The notes: a model not told the origin generated them from the letters alone. A DNA stretch of 46,364 nt from Candidatus Asgardarchaeum abyssi (GCA_040225955.1 JBECUL010000013.1:1-46364); one strand, 5' to 3'; counted from the stretch's first letter, positions 18,227-28,455 are shown. Made by a program: numbers and translations.

Positions 18227-19099
18227 TCATTTTTCACTTTTTAGTTTTTTAATCTCATCTTCTAAATCCCAAGCTTTGTTTCTAAATCTCTTAGCAGTAG
18301 CTTTTGGAAGATCATTTAAATAAGATTCTACTCTTTCAAGAATCTCAAGAGCAAGATCATACAACTTAGCATTTTTATAAGCTTCAGCTGCCATTAAATA
18401 ATATTCACACGCTTTTTTAAAATTTCCAGCAACTTCGAAAATTTCACCAGCAGTTGATGCTGCATCACCTATTGATGATGGGTCACCTAGTTCTTCAGCG
18501 AGTTTTAAAGCCTTTTTAAGGTAAGCTTCTGCATTTTTTATATTTTCCATATCCAGATAGATATTCGCCATATCTTGGTATAAACTTATTAGAGCCTCGC
18601 TTATGCCCTCAGCAGAATATATTTTTTCTGCCTTTTTAAGGATCTTAATGGCATCCTCATCTCTTTCAAGTTCGCTTAGAATAAGCCCATATGTATAAAG
18701 AGCATCAGCATGAGCTATTGAGTCATTTACCTTTTCAAATAACTTTATAGCCTTTTCTATGTATTTTAATGCCTCTTCTGGTTTGCTTAAATTAAGTAGA
18801 TTTACAGCAAGATTGTATGCTGCATTGGCTAGATCTTCAACCTTGTTGAGACTTTGATAAATAGAATAAGCCTCTTTTATTAAACTAATAGATTCCTCAT
18901 AGAACTCAAAATTTGTTAAAAGTGTACCTAATTCAACGGCAATGTCCGCGTATAATAATTTATTACTTTCATCATCTTTTAAAATTTTTAATATATCATG
19001 ATATATGGTCACAGCCTCATTTATTCTATTTTCTTGGACCATTTTCCTAGCGCGTTCTATTTTCTCTTTAATGTTTTCAACCATTAAAATATCCCTCAC
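18227..19099 (-). CDS. TPR-repeat protein (about 40-aa repeats, alpha-SNAP/TPR_12-like)
   Basis: Repeats of A..Y.LG.......EEA..Y.EKA..L with about 40-residue periodicity across the protein. Confidence 0.85.
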   Translation of the reverse strand: MRDILMVENIKEKIERARKMVQENRINEAVTIYHDILKILKDDESNKLLYADIAVELGTLLTNFEFYEESISLIKEAYSIYQSLNKVEDLANAAYNLAVNLLNLSKPEEALKYIEKAIKLFEKVNDSIAHADALYTYGLILSELERDEDAIKILKKAEKIYSAEGISEALISLYQDMANIYLDMENIKNAEAYLKKALKLAEELGDPSSIGDAASTAGEIFEVAGNFKKACEYYLMAAEAYKNAKLYDLALEILERVESYLNDLPKATAKRFRNKAWDLEDEIKKLKSEK

Positions 19100-19780
19100 T
19101 CAATAAATATGAGATGTCCAATTCTCTATAATTTTTAATGTCTCACTATTAAGTTTCTGAATATACAAAAACTTTCCACTACCAACTTTTGCTAATTTTT
19201 CCATAAATAAATTTTGAGGTTTCTTGGAGCTACTAACTTGAATTGATGACAGACTTATTTTTTCATCATGCACAAACTTTATCGGTGATATCCCACAGTT
19301 CCACAATCCATCTGATACTAAAATAAAATGGTAAGAATCATAAACCTCTACTATTTTCTTAGCTTTTAAGATCCCTAAGTAAATATTAGAGCCTCCGAAT
19401 GCTCTTTTCGAGAGCTCTATTAAAGCTAGGGATAATGTTTTCCTAATAGAAGGTTTTCCCCCAGATAATGAAATGAATACTTTTCCACCACTAAATGTAA
19501 TATTATCTGCTATATGATTGAACCAAACAACAGCGACCATTACATTTCTTTCACTTAATAACTCTTTTATTGTCTGAAGAAGAATTCCAGCGCAGGCTAA
19601 TTTTGAAATCTTCATACCAGGAGATATGTAATTTAAGAAGGACAAAAATTTCTCATGAGATGTTTTAGGAGATATTTTAAAAAACGTAAGAAAACTATCA
19701 TCTTCTAATAAAATTTCTTCTTTCTCCATGCTCTTTGATATGTCCAATATAAAAACTATTTTCATTAAATTACTATTCAT
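19100..19780 (-). CDS. von Willebrand factor A domain protein
   Basis: IVFILDISKSM (DxSxS MIDAS), VVWF, GGSNI, ILVSDG, MEKLA..GSGKF. Confidence 0.8.
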   Translation of the reverse strand: MNSNLMKIVFILDISKSMEKEEILLEDDSFLTFFKISPKTSHEKFLSFLNYISPGMKISKLACAGILLQTIKELLSERNVMVAVVWFNHIADNITFSGGKVFISLSGGKPSIRKTLSLALIELSKRAFGGSNIYLGILKAKKIVEVYDSYHFILVSDGLWNCGISPIKFVHDEKISLSSIQVSSSKKPQNLFMEKLAKVGSGKFLYIQKLNSETLKIIENWTSHIY

Positions 19781-20993
19781 GGCTTATTCCTCGCAATATG
19801 CATTCCGATATGTCTAAAGAAATTATTTCCAATACTCTATCCACAAACTCTAAAAGATTACCACTATACTGAAAGAGTTCACCACTAGTTATTTCTGAAA
19901 GCTCGCTATATAATTCAATAAGGTCTTTGTTTTCATAAGAGGTCAAAATTGCAATTATAGGAATTTTTCTATCAATTCTCTCTCTCTTTATTACATCTAT
20001 CGGGTGCACTCCGAAAATTTCGGAATCGTCAGTGACAATCAGCAATAAGTCTGGAGATTTCTCCTTAAAGTTTCTTAGCATCTCAAAATATTTATATAAA
20101 GCATTACCTATCTGATTTACTCCTTTACCTATATTTATTGTTGAGAAAAAGCTTGTTAATGAACTTAAAGAGTCCTTTATAACATTTAGAGAATATGAAA
20201 TTCCAAATTTCTCCATATTATGTTGCGGTCTTGCACTGAAAAAAATTCCTTGTTCTTGAAATATAAATAAGTTAAATTTGCTAAATAGTGAACTGTTAAG
20301 TAACTTTCTTAGTAATGTTAATGTAAAAATATATGAAAATAATAATCTTGAGATTGTTTTTTCAAGAGATATAGAAATAGGAAAATCCTGAATGTTTTCT
20401 TTGATATATTCTATATCCTCTTCACTTAAGGGGACATCCATATGATTCATAGAGTTATGTGCACTTATAATTACACCTATTGTTAAATCATGCAGATCTA
20501 TCATGGAGTAATTAATCTTAGAGTATTCATATGATATTGCACCAACACTTTCACCAAGTCCTTTGATATCTATGAGAATTGCTCTATCTCCAAGATTTAA
20601 AAATAATCCTGAGCTTGAAATAAAAATATCATCACCAAGCAAGTTAAAAATATCAATTAGCTCTGATTTTTTATTTTTTTGGAAAATTTTTACATGTATT
20701 TCATCTAATTTATTTACTTCACCTAAATAATGCATCAAAGTCACTCTATCACGCTTTCCAAAACGATACTTACTAGTAAGGTCATTAACTATTACCTTAT
20801 CTGGAGGAATATTATCGTCTATAAAAGCCCTTGCAAGGAACGTTCTCTTTTTTATACTCATAAGTAAAATATCACCAGGATATATATAATATTTATCTGC
20901 AATAACCTTAGATAATTTTATCCATCCTGGCCATACGTCTTTAGAACTCTCGAGTTGAAATGTTTCCTTTATATGCTCCCACATGATCATCAC
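19773..20993 (-). CDS. CDC48/NSF N-terminal double-psi-barrel-like domain fused to a degenerate vWA domain
   Basis: N-terminal KDV..GWIKLS...IYPGDILL...KRTFLARA.IDD.IP.DKVIVN...DRVTL pattern; C-terminal IGVIISAHNSM...LLIVTD...LSEITSGELF with MIDAS lost; no Walker A. Confidence 0.55.
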   Translation of the reverse strand: MMIMWEHIKETFQLESSKDVWPGWIKLSKVIADKYYIYPGDILLMSIKKRTFLARAFIDDNIPPDKVIVNDLTSKYRFGKRDRVTLMHYLGEVNKLDEIHVKIFQKNKKSELIDIFNLLGDDIFISSSGLFLNLGDRAILIDIKGLGESVGAISYEYSKINYSMIDLHDLTIGVIISAHNSMNHMDVPLSEEDIEYIKENIQDFPISISLEKTISRLLFSYIFTLTLLRKLLNSSLFSKFNLFIFQEQGIFFSARPQHNMEKFGISYSLNVIKDSLSSLTSFFSTINIGKGVNQIGNALYKYFEMLRNFKEKSPDLLLIVTDDSEIFGVHPIDVIKRERIDRKIPIIAILTSYENKDLIELYSELSEITSGELFQYSGNLLEFVDRVLEIISLDISECILRGISHE

Positions 20994-21028
20994 TAACTAT
21001 GGTAATACTAAATAATTACTTATGATTT

Positions 21029-22564
21029 ATGCTTATTAGAGTATCTCTTCAATACATGGTGGTGAAGGTGAATTTACAACATCTAAAGATGCAATATAGC
21101 GAAGTAATCAAGGAAATACTAATGAATGTTGATATCTTAGATGGGATAGTTGTTGGGTTTAACGTTAATATTGATGCTATTAAGAGAGTGGATTGCAATT
21201 TTTTAGAGAGCCTACCAAAACCTAAAAAGATAAGGCATATCACGAGAAGAACGATTAAAAATATCGACGACTTAGTTTCAGGTCTCTATTACTGTATGAT
21301 GCATGGCATTGGTGATGAATGGATTATAAAAGAAAAGAGACTCTTCGATTGGATCAATAAGAATATTAGCAAAGATTCTCAACAAATTGGTGGACAAGGG
21401 GGAAACATGGCAAATGTTGCAGCAGCTCTTGGTGTTAAAAAAGTTATTGTGAATCTACCAATTCGTAATAAAGAGATAGCAGCTTTTTTTATAAATGATA
21501 ATGTGAAAGTCCCATATAGAATTAATAATAAAATAGAATTAATTAGCGCAAGAAAAATCACAAACAGCGATGTACCACCAATCCATTGGATTTTTGAATT
21601 TCATAGCGGATTAAAAATAAAAATCGATAAATTAAGTTTTACGGTTCCCAAGTCAAACCGTTTCATCGCCACTTATGATCCCTATATCGCTACATGTCAA
21701 CTTCTATATGAGTACAAAAAGCTACCAAGAAATATAATTAGCCAGATAGATAGCTTTATAGTAGGTGGTTTTCATTTAATTAGAACTGATTTTTTAAAGA
21801 ATCCAAAAAGAAAATTTGTAGAAATCAAGACGCTTTTTCAACGCTGGCGAAAATATAACAATAATGCTCTAATATACTTGGAATTTGGCCCATCTTCAAA
21901 TACAGAAATCTTTAGAATGATAAATGATTTTCTATCTAAAGAAATAGATATTTTAGGCATTGGTGACGATGATTTAGCAGAAATTTTGATCGCTCTAGGT
22001 AAAGAGAAAATGGCTCAAATGATAAAAAAGGATAAATCTCCTATTATTATCTTTGATAGCGTATTTGAGATACTTAAAAAATCTCAATTTAATGAGATTT
22101 TATTGCATTGCGATGATTTCGCTATAAATATAATGAAAAAAGATAATGAAAGTAAAAATAACTTCGTAGAAATATTAGAGAGAAGAAAAAAATCGATTAT
22201 GCTCGGACATCTTGTTTGCGCTACACGTGCCTTAATAGGGAAATTTCCAACAATTGATGATATAAAATATTCTTTTCTGCATGAGAAAATATTTTTAGAC
22301 AAGACGAAAGTTGATAGATGCAAAGAATTATGCAAAATTATCACTAAGAATTATAATTTTAGTGTTGATGACTTTATGTTTTTTGGATTTGATAACGAAA
22401 CAGATAAAAAAATAATAGGCGTGTGTGTACCGGCGCTGACATCAAAAGATATAAAACTAACAGTGGGCTTAGGTGATTCTTTTGCTGTATCCTTTGGGAT
22501 CGCAGAAGGAGTACAAAAAAAATTAACAAAGGGAATTACTTACAGAAACGTGGATTATCAATAA
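21029..22564 (+). CDS. ADP-dependent sugar kinase (ADP-GK/PFK family), probably glucokinase
   Basis: GFNVNIDA, GGQGGNMAN, IHWIFEF, NRFI, TVGLGD; true start probably somewhat downstream. Confidence 0.85.
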   Translation: MLIRVSLQYMVVKVNLQHLKMQYSEVIKEILMNVDILDGIVVGFNVNIDAIKRVDCNFLESLPKPKKIRHITRRTIKNIDDLVSGLYYCMMHGIGDEWIIKEKRLFDWINKNISKDSQQIGGQGGNMANVAAALGVKKVIVNLPIRNKEIAAFFINDNVKVPYRINNKIELISARKITNSDVPPIHWIFEFHSGLKIKIDKLSFTVPKSNRFIATYDPYIATCQLLYEYKKLPRNIISQIDSFIVGGFHLIRTDFLKNPKRKFVEIKTLFQRWRKYNNNALIYLEFGPSSNTEIFRMINDFLSKEIDILGIGDDDLAEILIALGKEKMAQMIKKDKSPIIIFDSVFEILKKSQFNEILLHCDDFAINIMKKDNESKNNFVEILERRKKSIMLGHLVCATRALIGKFPTIDDIKYSFLHEKIFLDKTKVDRCKELCKIITKNYNFSVDDFMFFGFDNETDKKIIGVCVPALTSKDIKLTVGLGDSFAVSFGIAEGVQKKLTKGITYRNVDYQ

Positions 22565-23108
22565 CGGCGGGCTTACCATTTTTCTCAATAATTATTTTTC
22601 GGAATCCCTTTTCTTCTATTGTTCCATAGTCATGTCCTGCATCTGATGGATATATAGCAAGAAAGATAAGTGGTTTATTACCGACGTTCACTGTTCTATG
22701 AGCATAGTACGGTGGCACATATACTATATCATCTGGATCGAACTTAGTGACTATTACATTTCCATTTTCATCTTGAAGTACCATTCGTCCATTTCCAGAA
22801 ATACAAAGATATACCTCTGCTCGATTTCTCTTTGAGTGGTAATGTCCCTTTGTCATATAATATTCATCACCAACTTTTCCTGGATATAAAACAGTTGTAG
22901 CGAAGGACAAGTTTCCTTCTTCAGTAGATACCTCAACGGCATATACCTCATATATGATTGGATCTTCTTTTGCCAAAATTTCCTCAACAGCGTTTCTATT
23001 ATAATAAAAATTTTTCATATCACTTAACTTACGAACAGTTTTATTTGTATAGGGCTCAAGTTGCCCATTCTGCTTATTGAGATGGGTTATGAGATTTAAT
23101 AAATTCAT
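22536..23108 (-). CDS. pgiA: cupin-type glucose-6-phosphate isomerase
   Basis: IYEVY...TVLYPGKVGDEYYMTKGHYH...EVY...YVPPYYAHRTVNVG...DAGHDY. Confidence 0.9.
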   Translation of the reverse strand: MNLLNLITHLNKQNGQLEPYTNKTVRKLSDMKNFYYNRNAVEEILAKEDPIIYEVYAVEVSTEEGNLSFATTVLYPGKVGDEYYMTKGHYHSKRNRAEVYLCISGNGRMVLQDENGNVIVTKFDPDDIVYVPPYYAHRTVNVGNKPLIFLAIYPSDAGHDYGTIEEKGFRKIIIEKNGKPAVIDNPRFCK

Positions 23109-23214
23109 TGCGTTTCCCTCCTTTCAATTGTAAAAATAATAAGTGAAATAAATAAGATTGATTAACATATAAAAACATTTAACATTTTTTGATGCCTAAA
23201 ATAAAGGAATTTAT

Positions 23215-24228
23215 TTAAAATATCCTTTTCTTAAGTGATACCTCTCCAGTTTCTTCATCATAAGCGACTATATCAGCATTTCTCAGCTCTTGTATAGCAC
23301 GCAAAATAACAGCTGGTTGGAATCCAAGTGTATTGTTTAGCTCCTGCCGTGTCATTCTTTCCCTTGTCTCATGCAGCAACCACAAAATTCTAGCATGCGG
23401 TCGACCATAAAAAACGTCCTCTAGAAGTGTAATATAGATCTTTAATAGATTACTTATATTCTTTACTTCTGTTCTCTCTTTTGATATTTCTTGGTACATC
23501 TTTGATATTCTTGAAAATTGCTCAGAAATCTCATTTAGTTCTCTTTTAAGATTCTCATTTTCCTTTATTAGAGCGTCCATTTTCTCTTTATATTCCTTCT
23601 CTTTCTCACTTGCAGATTTTGTTCTTTCTTGCAATTCCTCAATTTTTTCTCGTAGTTCCTTATTTTCTTTTCTCAGATAGCTAAGTTCTTTCTCCACTCT
23701 CTCTTTCTCTTTCTCTATAGTTTTTATTTTTAATTCAAAATCAGAAATCTGTGATTTATATTGTTCTTCTTTTTCCTCCATGGCTTTTAAACTTGATAAT
23801 AAATCTTCTTCACGATGCTTGTATTTCTCTAGTTCATTAAGCAATGCTTTATGTTCTTTTTCTAAACTTTCAAGTTTTTGTTCATCTTCTTCTATTTTTT
23901 CATTAAGAGATTTATTTTCCATCTCCAGCTTTTCTATTAATTGCAATAGCTCCTCTTTTTTTCTCTGTAAGCTTTCAATATTAGCATTTAATTCAATATT
24001 AACTTGTTTTAACTGGGATAATTCATCATCTAATTTTTTCAATTCATCCTTAAGTAGGGTATTTTCATTTTTCAGTTTCTCTAAATCATCTTTAAGCTTG
24101 GAAGTTTCGTCAAGTAAACGATTTGCAATCTCATCATATCTACTAAATATACTTTTTAACTCACTTAAAATCGAATTCGATTTAACTGATAACCCCTTTA
24201 TCTCCTCAGATGTTGCCAAAAGATTCAC
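23215..24228 (-). CDS. long coiled-coil protein with C-terminal winged-helix domain
   Basis: About 250 aa continuous heptad E/K/L region, then PHARILWLLH...MTRQEL...AVILRAIQEL..ADIVAYD. Confidence 0.75.
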   Translation of the reverse strand: MNLLATSEEIKGLSVKSNSILSELKSIFSRYDEIANRLLDETSKLKDDLEKLKNENTLLKDELKKLDDELSQLKQVNIELNANIESLQRKKEELLQLIEKLEMENKSLNEKIEEDEQKLESLEKEHKALLNELEKYKHREEDLLSSLKAMEEKEEQYKSQISDFELKIKTIEKEKERVEKELSYLRKENKELREKIEELQERTKSASEKEKEYKEKMDALIKENENLKRELNEISEQFSRISKMYQEISKERTEVKNISNLLKIYITLLEDVFYGRPHARILWLLHETRERMTRQELNNTLGFQPAVILRAIQELRNADIVAYDEETGEVSLKKRIF

Positions 24229-24412
24229 CCCAATACGAGGACAAACAATTTAGCTTTAAGAAAAATATAAGATATGTTGTATTTAAAGTTTATAGCAACA
24301 TTAAATACGAGAAAATAATAAAGTGTTTATTTCAAAAATTATGGGAAAATTTAAAATGCTCAAATATACAGTAATTCGATTTTAAATAAGCATTAGATAT
24401 TCGTAATTTTTC

Positions 24413-24985
24413 ATGGTGGTAACTATGAAATTTGTTGTTGGATCAACCAACCCAGTAAAAGTTAATGCTGTGAGATCTGCTATTAAAAAAATGCTAAAGT
24501 TTTCCGATTCTGACTTTCATGTAATTGCTGTTGGTGTAGAATCTGGGGTGCCTGATCAACCAATTACGTTGGATGATATAATTTTAGGGGCTACTAATAG
24601 AGCTGAAAGAGCTATGCAAAAAATCCCAGAAGCCTCTCTTTCTTTTGGTATAGAGGCTGGTATTACAAAGATGCCTAGAACTATAACTGGATATATTGAT
24701 TTTGCAGTTTGCGTAACTCTTGATGAAGATGGTAGAAAAACTATTGGGTTTAGCCCTGGATTTGAATACCCTCCATTTGTGATAAAGAAGATATTTGATG
24801 AAAAGAAAGAGGTTGGACAAATTTTTGATGAACTACTTGGGGAAAAGGATGTAAAGAAAAAAATAGGTGCGATTGGCATTCTTACAGAAGGTATTATACC
24901 TCGAGAATTATTCGTAGAGCTGTCAGTCATTATGGCTCTTGTTCCGAGGATTCCAAATAATTTTCATCTTTATTTCCAAAAATAG
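24413..24985 (+). CDS. yjjX: non-canonical purine NTP phosphatase (ITPase/XTPase, YjjX family)
   Basis: VGSTNPVKVNAV, SGVPDQP, GATNRA, GIEAG, GAIGILT. Confidence 0.9.
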   Translation: MVVTMKFVVGSTNPVKVNAVRSAIKKMLKFSDSDFHVIAVGVESGVPDQPITLDDIILGATNRAERAMQKIPEASLSFGIEAGITKMPRTITGYIDFAVCVTLDEDGRKTIGFSPGFEYPPFVIKKIFDEKKEVGQIFDELLGEKDVKKKIGAIGILTEGIIPRELFVELSVIMALVPRIPNNFHLYFQK

Positions 24986-24988
24986 AAA

Positions 24989-25600
24989 TCAGTAAGTAAC
25001 TTCCTCATATATATAAAATCCTCTTCTCGAGACCTTGAATCTCCTTAGATAATATAGCCCATATAGTAATCCAAAAAAAGCTCCACCAGCGTGAGCTAAG
25101 AAGTTTGATTGAAAACCCATATTTATGAGCAACATTAGTATAAGAAGATATATTACAGATTTTAGCGATTGTCGTTGTCTTTTATAAAATACTGTTATAA
25201 CAAAGGCATACATGGAGAATATAGCTCCTGATGCTCCACCAGAAAGTACATAAGGACCTAGCACTAAGGTAAAAATATTGCCTATAAGGCCTCCAATAAA
25301 GTAAACTATTATATAATCCTTCTTTGAAAAACTCACTTCAAATTTCCTTCCTAGGATATATAGGAAAAACATGTTCATCAGTAAATGTAGTATATCAAAG
25401 TGAACGAAAAGCGATGTAAATAGCTCATAGACTAAGCCTCTGTAGACAAACGCATTAAATTGCGCTACAAAGAGGAGTATTGGGTGTGCTGCAAGAGATA
25501 GAAAACTTCCTGTAAGAAATGCTAATATCATATATACTGTAACGTTTATTATTATTAACCACTTAGTAAGTGGATATTCTTTTCCAACAACTGGAATCAT
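24989..25600 (-). CDS. rhomboid intramembrane serine protease
   Basis: FVHFDILHLLMNM, GASGA (catalytic Ser), AHAGG (catalytic His), multiple TMs. Confidence 0.9.
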   Translation of the reverse strand: MIPVVGKEYPLTKWLIIINVTVYMILAFLTGSFLSLAAHPILLFVAQFNAFVYRGLVYELFTSLFVHFDILHLLMNMFFLYILGRKFEVSFSKKDYIIVYFIGGLIGNIFTLVLGPYVLSGGASGAIFSMYAFVITVFYKRQRQSLKSVIYLLILMLLINMGFQSNFLAHAGGAFFGLLYGLYYLRRFKVSRRGFYIYEEVTY

Positions 25601-25615
25601 ACAATCCCTTCCTTT

Positions 25616-26572
25616 CTATGATTTAATCCCTTCTTTTAATAAGAAAACTTTATCAGAGAAATCCAAAAATACCTTTGAATATTCTTGGAGAAGGGATGTT
25701 GCTTTTTCTTTTAACTTAGAATTTGATAATAATTTATTTGAAAAAATACTTAATATATTTGGATTTGGAAGTTTTTGAAGAAGTTTCCATAATTTATTTA
25801 AATTGAGTGTCAACTCACCTTTTAACTTTTTAATTATTATCGGAATAAGCTTTGCATACCTATCTTCAAAATCTGTAGCAGGATATCTTGCAAGTGCTAC
25901 TGAATCTTGCTCGGTAGGAATTTTCACATCTATTTTTTCTTTAATTTTTCGTAGGGTTTCGAGTGTTATTTCATAATATTTAAGTATCGTATCTGCAAAC
26001 GGCATCGCTTTTTCAATTTGGCTTTCTATAATGCTTATATCTTCAAAGTTCAAAGGAAATGGAAGCTCATCGTAGACAAGTTTACTAAGGGTATCTTGTA
26101 ATCCATTGATTGCTTCTAAAATGCCACTCATCATGACCTCTCTGAAATATTTTTCATCGATAATTCTCCATGAGGTATATATGCGCATTTTTAGCTCATC
26201 AACGAATTTTTTAGTTTCATGAGTAGCTCTTCCATTAAGAGACCTATAGGTTTTAACTAAAATAACGTGAAAAACTGGATAATTTATTCTCTTGTGATAG
26301 GAAATCTCGCCATATATCAAGCCGAAAAAATTAACTTTGCCAACAAGTGGTATATGATACTCGTGAGGAGGATACTCTATGGAAATATATTGTAGCTCTT
26401 CGTTTAGTGGTGCTAAGCCTTTATATTTCTTACTAATTTTCTCTAGAATATCTACCAAAACAAGAAGTTTTACTAATTCTACCTTAAAATCATTATCTTT
26501 AATGCCCATTTGTTCAAGAGTTACTAATTTCTGTTTTATCTCATTCTCAACGCTCAACTTAATCTCCCTCAT
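25616..26572 (-). CDS. hypothetical protein
   Basis: 318-aa ORF overlapping the HIT gene stop, within a HIT-hypothetical-rhomboid run; no motif recognised. Confidence 0.65.
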   Translation of the reverse strand: MREIKLSVENEIKQKLVTLEQMGIKDNDFKVELVKLLVLVDILEKISKKYKGLAPLNEELQYISIEYPPHEYHIPLVGKVNFFGLIYGEISYHKRINYPVFHVILVKTYRSLNGRATHETKKFVDELKMRIYTSWRIIDEKYFREVMMSGILEAINGLQDTLSKLVYDELPFPLNFEDISIIESQIEKAMPFADTILKYYEITLETLRKIKEKIDVKIPTEQDSVALARYPATDFEDRYAKLIPIIIKKLKGELTLNLNKLWKLLQKLPNPNILSIFSNKLLSNSKLKEKATSLLQEYSKVFLDFSDKVFLLKEGIKS

Positions 26573-27050
26573 AAATACTTATATATTTTCTAAGAAAATC
26601 TAAAGTTTCTGAAAGATACTGATTAACCACTTTTGTATCACCAATAATAGGCATGAAGTTTGTATCTCCATTCCATCTTGGAACAATGTGAACATGTATA
26701 TGATCTTCGATCCCTGCTCCTGCAACTTTGCCTATATTTATTCCTATATTAAATCCATCTGGCTTTAAAGCTTTTTTCAATAGTTTTACACTTTTCTGTA
26801 TGAGTATAACTATCTCATCAAGCTCTTCTTTTTTAAGTTGTTCGATGTCTCCCGTATGTGTATATGGTGCTATCATTAAATGGCCACTATTATATGGATA
26901 TCTATTTAACATAACAAAGGAGTACTTTCCCCTCCAGAGAACAAGATTCTCATCATCCTTGTTCTCTTTCGCTGCCTTGCAGAATATGCATTCTTTTATT
27001 TTCTCCATAAGAATATACTTTATTCGCCATGGGGCCCAAAGTTTTTTCAT
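26559..27050 (-). CDS. HIT family hydrolase (Ap4A hydrolase/phosphorylase-like)
   Basis: LWAPWR..YI, CIFC, NRYPYNSGH, GFNIGIN.G..AGAG, HIHVHIVPRW.GD. Confidence 0.92.
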   Translation of the reverse strand: MKKLWAPWRIKYILMEKIKECIFCKAAKENKDDENLVLWRGKYSFVMLNRYPYNSGHLMIAPYTHTGDIEQLKKEELDEIVILIQKSVKLLKKALKPDGFNIGINIGKVAGAGIEDHIHVHIVPRWNGDTNFMPIIGDTKVVNQYLSETLDFLRKYISIYEGD

Positions 27051-27119
27051 ACTATCACCTTATATTGAAATAATAAGTTTATATAACAAAAATTAATTCA
27101 TAACCTTTATACTTTTAGG

Positions 27120-27686
27120 GTGTTGCTCATGAACAAAGTAATTGGTTTGTTAGGTCCTATAGGCTCTGGTAAAACTACTGTAGCAAAATACCTAAGTGAA
27201 AAATATGGATTTTTCATGGTAGTAATGGGTGATTTAGTTAGAGAACTCGCGCGAAAAAAAGGATTAACCCCAACAAGAGAAGTATTACAGGCAGTTCAAA
27301 AAGAATATGTTAGTAAATATGGTATGGACTATTTTGCAAAGCTTGTAATTAAAAGAATAGAAGAGTCAAAAAGTGAAAAGGCTGTAATTGATGGTATGAG
27401 ACGAATGGAAGATGTTCTTGTTCCAAAAAATTATTTCAAAGAGAATATACTTATTTTATTGATAGATGCTCCCGCAAAAATTAGATATGAAAGAATATCA
27501 AAAAGAATAAGAGAAGACACTCCTAAAACATATGATGAGTTTATAGAGCAAGAAAGACGCGAATATTTGATTTTTAACTTAGATAAGGTATTTAAATTAG
27601 CTGATGAGAAAATAATTAATGACTCCGATCTTGAGACTCTTTATAAGCGAGTTGATGAGATCTTAAGAAAATACGGTTTTCTGTAA
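27120..27686 (+). CDS. P-loop nucleotide kinase (archaeal dephospho-CoA kinase-like/AAA_17)
   Basis: GPIGSGKT, MGDLVRE, VIDGMR, RYERI..R.R, IIND; likely ATG 27129. Confidence 0.8.
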   Translation: MLLMNKVIGLLGPIGSGKTTVAKYLSEKYGFFMVVMGDLVRELARKKGLTPTREVLQAVQKEYVSKYGMDYFAKLVIKRIEESKSEKAVIDGMRRMEDVLVPKNYFKENILILLIDAPAKIRYERISKRIREDTPKTYDEFIEQERREYLIFNLDKVFKLADEKIINDSDLETLYKRVDEILRKYGFL

Positions 27687-27753
27687 CCTAATTTAAGATA
27701 AAAAAGATTTAAATAACATATATGAGTGTAATCACAGAAAGTGGTGATTTTTA

Positions 27754-28455
27754 ATGATATCTCCTGAGGATGCTAAAGTTCTTAAAGAGAAGTTTGCAGT
27801 AATGAAAAAAGAAGTTCAGATACAATATTTTATTGCAGAGAATTGTGAACACTGTCAAACCGTAAAACAACTAATTGAAGAGCTTAATAAGTTATCTGGT
27901 GGCAAGCTAAAGTTAGAAATTAAAGAAATTAATGAAGCACCGAAAGTTTATAAAGAATTGGGATCAAAAGCAGTAATAGAACATGAGGGTCATAAACATG
28001 AGGTACCAAGAGGGCCTATTATAATTTTAGGGGATAATGAAGAAATAATTTATTTGGGGTCTCCAATAGGGCATGAAGGATGGGCTTTTATTGAAACATT
28101 AATAATGTTATCTACTGGAGATTCTGGATTAACCCCCGAACAGAGGAATAAACTTATAAACGAACTTAAAGATGTTGAAAGATATCGAATTGAAACTGTA
28201 GTAACGCCTACATGTCCATATTGTCCGTTTTCCGTTTTAATGGCTAATCAATTAGCTATTGCTACAAAAGGAAAATTGCAAGCAGAATGCATAAATGCAT
28301 GGGAATATCCTGAAATAGCTGAAAAGTATAATGTCCAAGCAGTACCGATGACATTCGTTGGTGATAGTCCTCACGATGGCCAACTAGTACTTGAGGGTGC
28401 CTTAAGAGATATGAATTTATATATCGATAGGATATTGAAGAAAATAAAAACATGA
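27754..28455 (+). CDS. protein disulfide oxidoreductase (two thioredoxin folds, PDO/AhpF-N-like)
   Basis: CEHC and TPTCPYCP motifs, G.P.GHE, YNVQAVP cis-Pro. Confidence 0.88.
   Translation: MISPEDAKVLKEKFAVMKKEVQIQYFIAENCEHCQTVKQLIEELNKLSGGKLKLEIKEINEAPKVYKELGSKAVIEHEGHKHEVPRGPIIILGDNEEIIYLGSPIGHEGWAFIETLIMLSTGDSGLTPEQRNKLINELKDVERYRIETVVTPTCPYCPFSVLMANQLAIATKGKLQAECINAWEYPEIAEKYNVQAVPMTFVGDSPHDGQLVLEGALRDMNLYIDRILKKIKT

Noticed and set aside
23780-24253. Ser/Phe-rich 157-aa plus-strand ORF and similar short antisense ORFs (e.g. 368-664, 14080-14343, 15622-16098, 24556-24930, 26728-27096, 35381-35686)
   Set aside because: Antisense shadows of E/K-rich or otherwise well-supported genes.
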